From NCBI GenBank assembly GCA_964511665.1, contig CAZEHA010000008.1, positions 15,629 to 79,628 on the forward strand: a stretch of 64,000 nt of DNA, given 5' to 3'. Made by a program: the position numbers and the translations under genes. The DNA comes from an uncultured Bacteroidales bacterium. Lineage in GTDB: Bacteria; Bacteroidota; Bacteroidia; Bacteroidales; ML635J-15. Of this stretch, positions 62,013-64,000 are shown piece by piece (within the stretch, counting starts at the first letter, position 1; every line of letters starts with the position of its first letter). The notes beneath the pieces were generated by a model that was not told the origin of the DNA, made no database searches, and saw only the letters and a program-made list of their open reading frames with translations.

Positions 62013-64000
62013 TTATGAGCTTTTGGAATTTAGTAGCTGCTGCAGGGCATAGAGTTCATCGCGCAAACGTGCGGCTTCGATGAAATTGAGCTTGGCAGCT
62101 GCGTTTTCCATTTGTTTGCGCGTGTTTTTCATGGCTTTGGCAAGGGCTTCTTTGTCCATGTAGCGAATTACAGGGTCTGCAGCCAGATCGGGTAGTTCAC
62201 TAGGCGATACTTCGTAGTTGTGCAGGTTGCCCTCTTTGCCCTTGCCTGAGAGAGCCGAATCGGTTGACTTTGTAATACTGCTTGGCGTAATATTGTGTAG
62301 GGTATTGTAGGTAATTTGTTTTTCGCGTCTACGGTTGGTCTCGTCGATGGTGCGTTGCATTGAATCGGTTGTTTTGTCGGCATACATTATTACCTTGCCG
62401 TTCACATGTCGGGCTGCACGGCCTGCCGTTTGGGTCAGCGAACGGGTGTTTCGCAGAAAACCTTCTTTGTCAGCATCCAGTATGGCAACCAGCGATACTT
62501 CGGGCAGGTCGAGGCCTTCGCGAAGCAGGTTAACGCCCACCAGCACATCGAACATGCCTCGCCGTAGCTCGTCAAGTATGTTTACCCGTTCGAGGGTGTC
62601 AACATCCGAATGAATATATCGGGTGCGCACCTGATATTTTGTGAGATATTTTGTGAGTTCTTCAGCCATTCTTTTTGTGAGAGTAGTTACCAGTACCCTT
62701 TCATCGTTTTTCACACATAGCTGAATTTCATGCATTAAATCGTCAATTTGATTCAGGCTGGGTTTTACCGTGATTTCAGGGTCGAGAAGTCCGGTAGGCC
62801 TTATGAGCTGTTCTACCACCACTCCCTCGGCTTTGGCCAGTTCGTAATCGTGGGGAGTTGCGCTTACATAAATTACCTGATTTTGCAAGGCTTCGAATTC
62901 GTCAAATTTTAGGGGCCGGTTATCGAGAGCCGCAGGCAGACGAAAACCGTAGCCCACCAGATTCTCTTTGCGTGATCGGTCGCCTCCGTACATAGCTCGT
63001 ACCTGAGGAATAGTAACGTGGCTTTCGTCGATAACCATCACATAATCGTCGGGAAAATAATCGAGGAGGCAAAATGGTCGTGTTCCGGTTTTTCTTCCGT
63101 CGAAATAGCGCGAGTAGTTTTCGATGCCGCTGCAATGACCCAATTCGCGAATCATTTCGAGGTCGTAGTTTACCCTTTCGTATAGACGCTTGGCCTCAAG
63201 AGCTTTTCCAATACTTCTAAAATATTCAACCTGAAGCATAAGGTCGTCCTGAATTTGAATAATTGCTTCCTGAATGCGCGTTTTGGTGGTAACAAATATA
63301 TTGGCCGGAAAAATAACTGCCTGATTCGTTTTTTCGATAGTTTGTCCGTTGAACGGATCGAATATAAAAACCGATTCTACCGTGTCGTCGAAAAACTCTA
63401 TTTTCAATGCCTTGTCGCTGTATGCCGGAAAAACATCAACTGTGTCGCCACGCACCCTGAAACTACCCCGCGAAAACTCAATTTCCGACCGAAAATACAA
63501 GCTGTCAACAAGCTGACGGAGGAATATGTCGCGATTAATAACATCACCAACATTAAGACGTATGGTGTTTGAATAGAAATCGTCGGGGTTTCCAATGCCA
63601 TAAATGCAGCTAACCGACGACACCACAATTACATCGCGCCGCCCCGATAGTAATGAACTGGTGGCACTTAACCTAAGTTTTTCTATTTCATCGTTAATGG
63701 CAAGGTCTTTTTCAATGTAGGTGTCGCTAACTGGCAGATAAGCCTCGGGTTGATAATAATCGTAGTACGACACAAAATATTCAACTGCGTTGTTCGGAAA
63801 GAAACTTTTAAATTCGGAATACAGCTGTGCAGCTAATGTTTTGTTGTGGCTAAGTACGAGTACGGGCTTTTGAATATTTTGAATAAGATTGGCGATGGTA
63901 AAAGTTTTCCCGCTGCCGGTAACTCCCAACAATACCTGATGTTTTTGCCCATCGAGTATTCCATCGGTAAGCCCTGCAATAGCCTGAGGTTGATCGCCCG
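62013..64000 (-). CDS. uvrB: excinuclease ABC subunit B (N-terminus runs off the window)
   Basis: The frame stays open to base 64000, reading GDQPQAIAGLTDGILDGQKHQVLLGVTGSGKTFT (Walker A). The 'M' at 63932 in the track is an internal TTG Leu. DESH box (VIDESHVT), helicase motifs, and a C-terminal UVR domain (AA.L.F.EAA.LRD). Confidence 0.97.
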   Translation of the reverse strand, partial: GDQPQAIAGLTDGILDGQKHQVLLGVTGSGKTFTIANLIQNIQKPVLVLSHNKTLAAQLYSEFKSFFPNNAVEYFVSYYDYYQPEAYLPVSDTYIEKDLAINDEIEKLRLSATSSLLSGRRDVIVVSSVSCIYGIGNPDDFYSNTIRLNVGDVINRDIFLRQLVDSLYFRSEIEFSRGSFRVRGDTVDVFPAYSDKALKIEFFDDTVESVFIFDPFNGQTIEKTNQAVIFPANIFVTTKTRIQEAIIQIQDDLMLQVEYFRSIGKALEAKRLYERVNYDLEMIRELGHCSGIENYSRYFDGRKTGTRPFCLLDYFPDDYVMVIDESHVTIPQVRAMYGGDRSRKENLVGYGFRLPAALDNRPLKFDEFEALQNQVIYVSATPHDYELAKAEGVVVEQLIRPTGLLDPEITVKPSLNQIDDLMHEIQLCVKNDERVLVTTLTKRMAEELTKYLTKYQVRTRYIHSDVDTLERVNILDELRRGMFDVLVGVNLLREGLDLPEVSLVAILDADKEGFLRNTRSLTQTAGRAARHVNGKVIMYADKTTDSMQRTIDETNRRREKQITYNTLHNITPSSITKSTDSALSGKGKEGNLHNYEVSPSELPDLAADPVIRYMDKEALAKAMKNTRKQMENAAAKLNFIEAARLRDELYALQQLLNSKSS

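Overview
This is a 64 kb chromosomal segment from a Bacteroidota-type genome. The phylum call rests on several sequence features: T9SS C-terminal sorting domains, SprB-type repeats, a TamL-like lipoprotein, TAnnTTTG -7 promoter boxes, almost no Shine-Dalgarno sequences, and the Bacteroidetes-style dcw gene order. Most of the window is conserved core genome. (1) 1-10965 (+) holds the distal S10/spc/alpha ribosomal protein supercluster: S3 (5' truncated), L16, L29, S17, L14, L24, L5, S14, S8, L6, L18, S5, L30, L15, secY, map, infA, L36 (missing from the ORF track), S13, S11, S4, rpoA and L17. (2) Next on the + strand are eno and groES-groEL. (3) 14599-30156 (-) holds a GatB/YqeY gene and a complete dcw cluster (mraZ-rsmH-ftsL-ftsI-murE-mraY-murD-ftsW-murG-murC-ftsQ-ftsA-ftsZ), with a phased MraZ-box array upstream. 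(4) 30.3-61.9 kb is a more variable stretch. It contains a lipoamino-acid acyltransferase pair, an OmpA-family gene with a histidine kinase and a NarL-type regulator, a putative porin with an ammonium transporter, and a TamL-like Omp85 lipoprotein with a small barrel protein. It also contains a DegT aminotransferase, a SPOR protein, two T9SS cargo proteins (one a 1163-1178 aa M4 metalloprotease), a peroxiredoxin, a PHP phosphatase, fur-purA, an oxidoreductase/lipoprotein/sugar-transferase trio, HU, a 30-codon hyperbasic micro-ORF, RNase G and DsbD. An IS30 transposase remnant and two orphan membrane proteins follow. (5) uvrB (-) runs off the right edge. I found no rRNA, tRNA, CRISPR array or intact mobile element, and the intergenic spacers are short. 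I do not see a convincing novel multi-gene system. The observations most worth follow-up are a ~35 aa insertion in GroEL, the unannotated bS22-like micro-ORF, a lone perfect Shine-Dalgarno in front of amt, the two-component/porin/Amt neighbourhood without glnK, and the IS30 scar with its adjacent AT-rich orphan genes. All protein identifications come from motif and family recognition by eye, with no database search.
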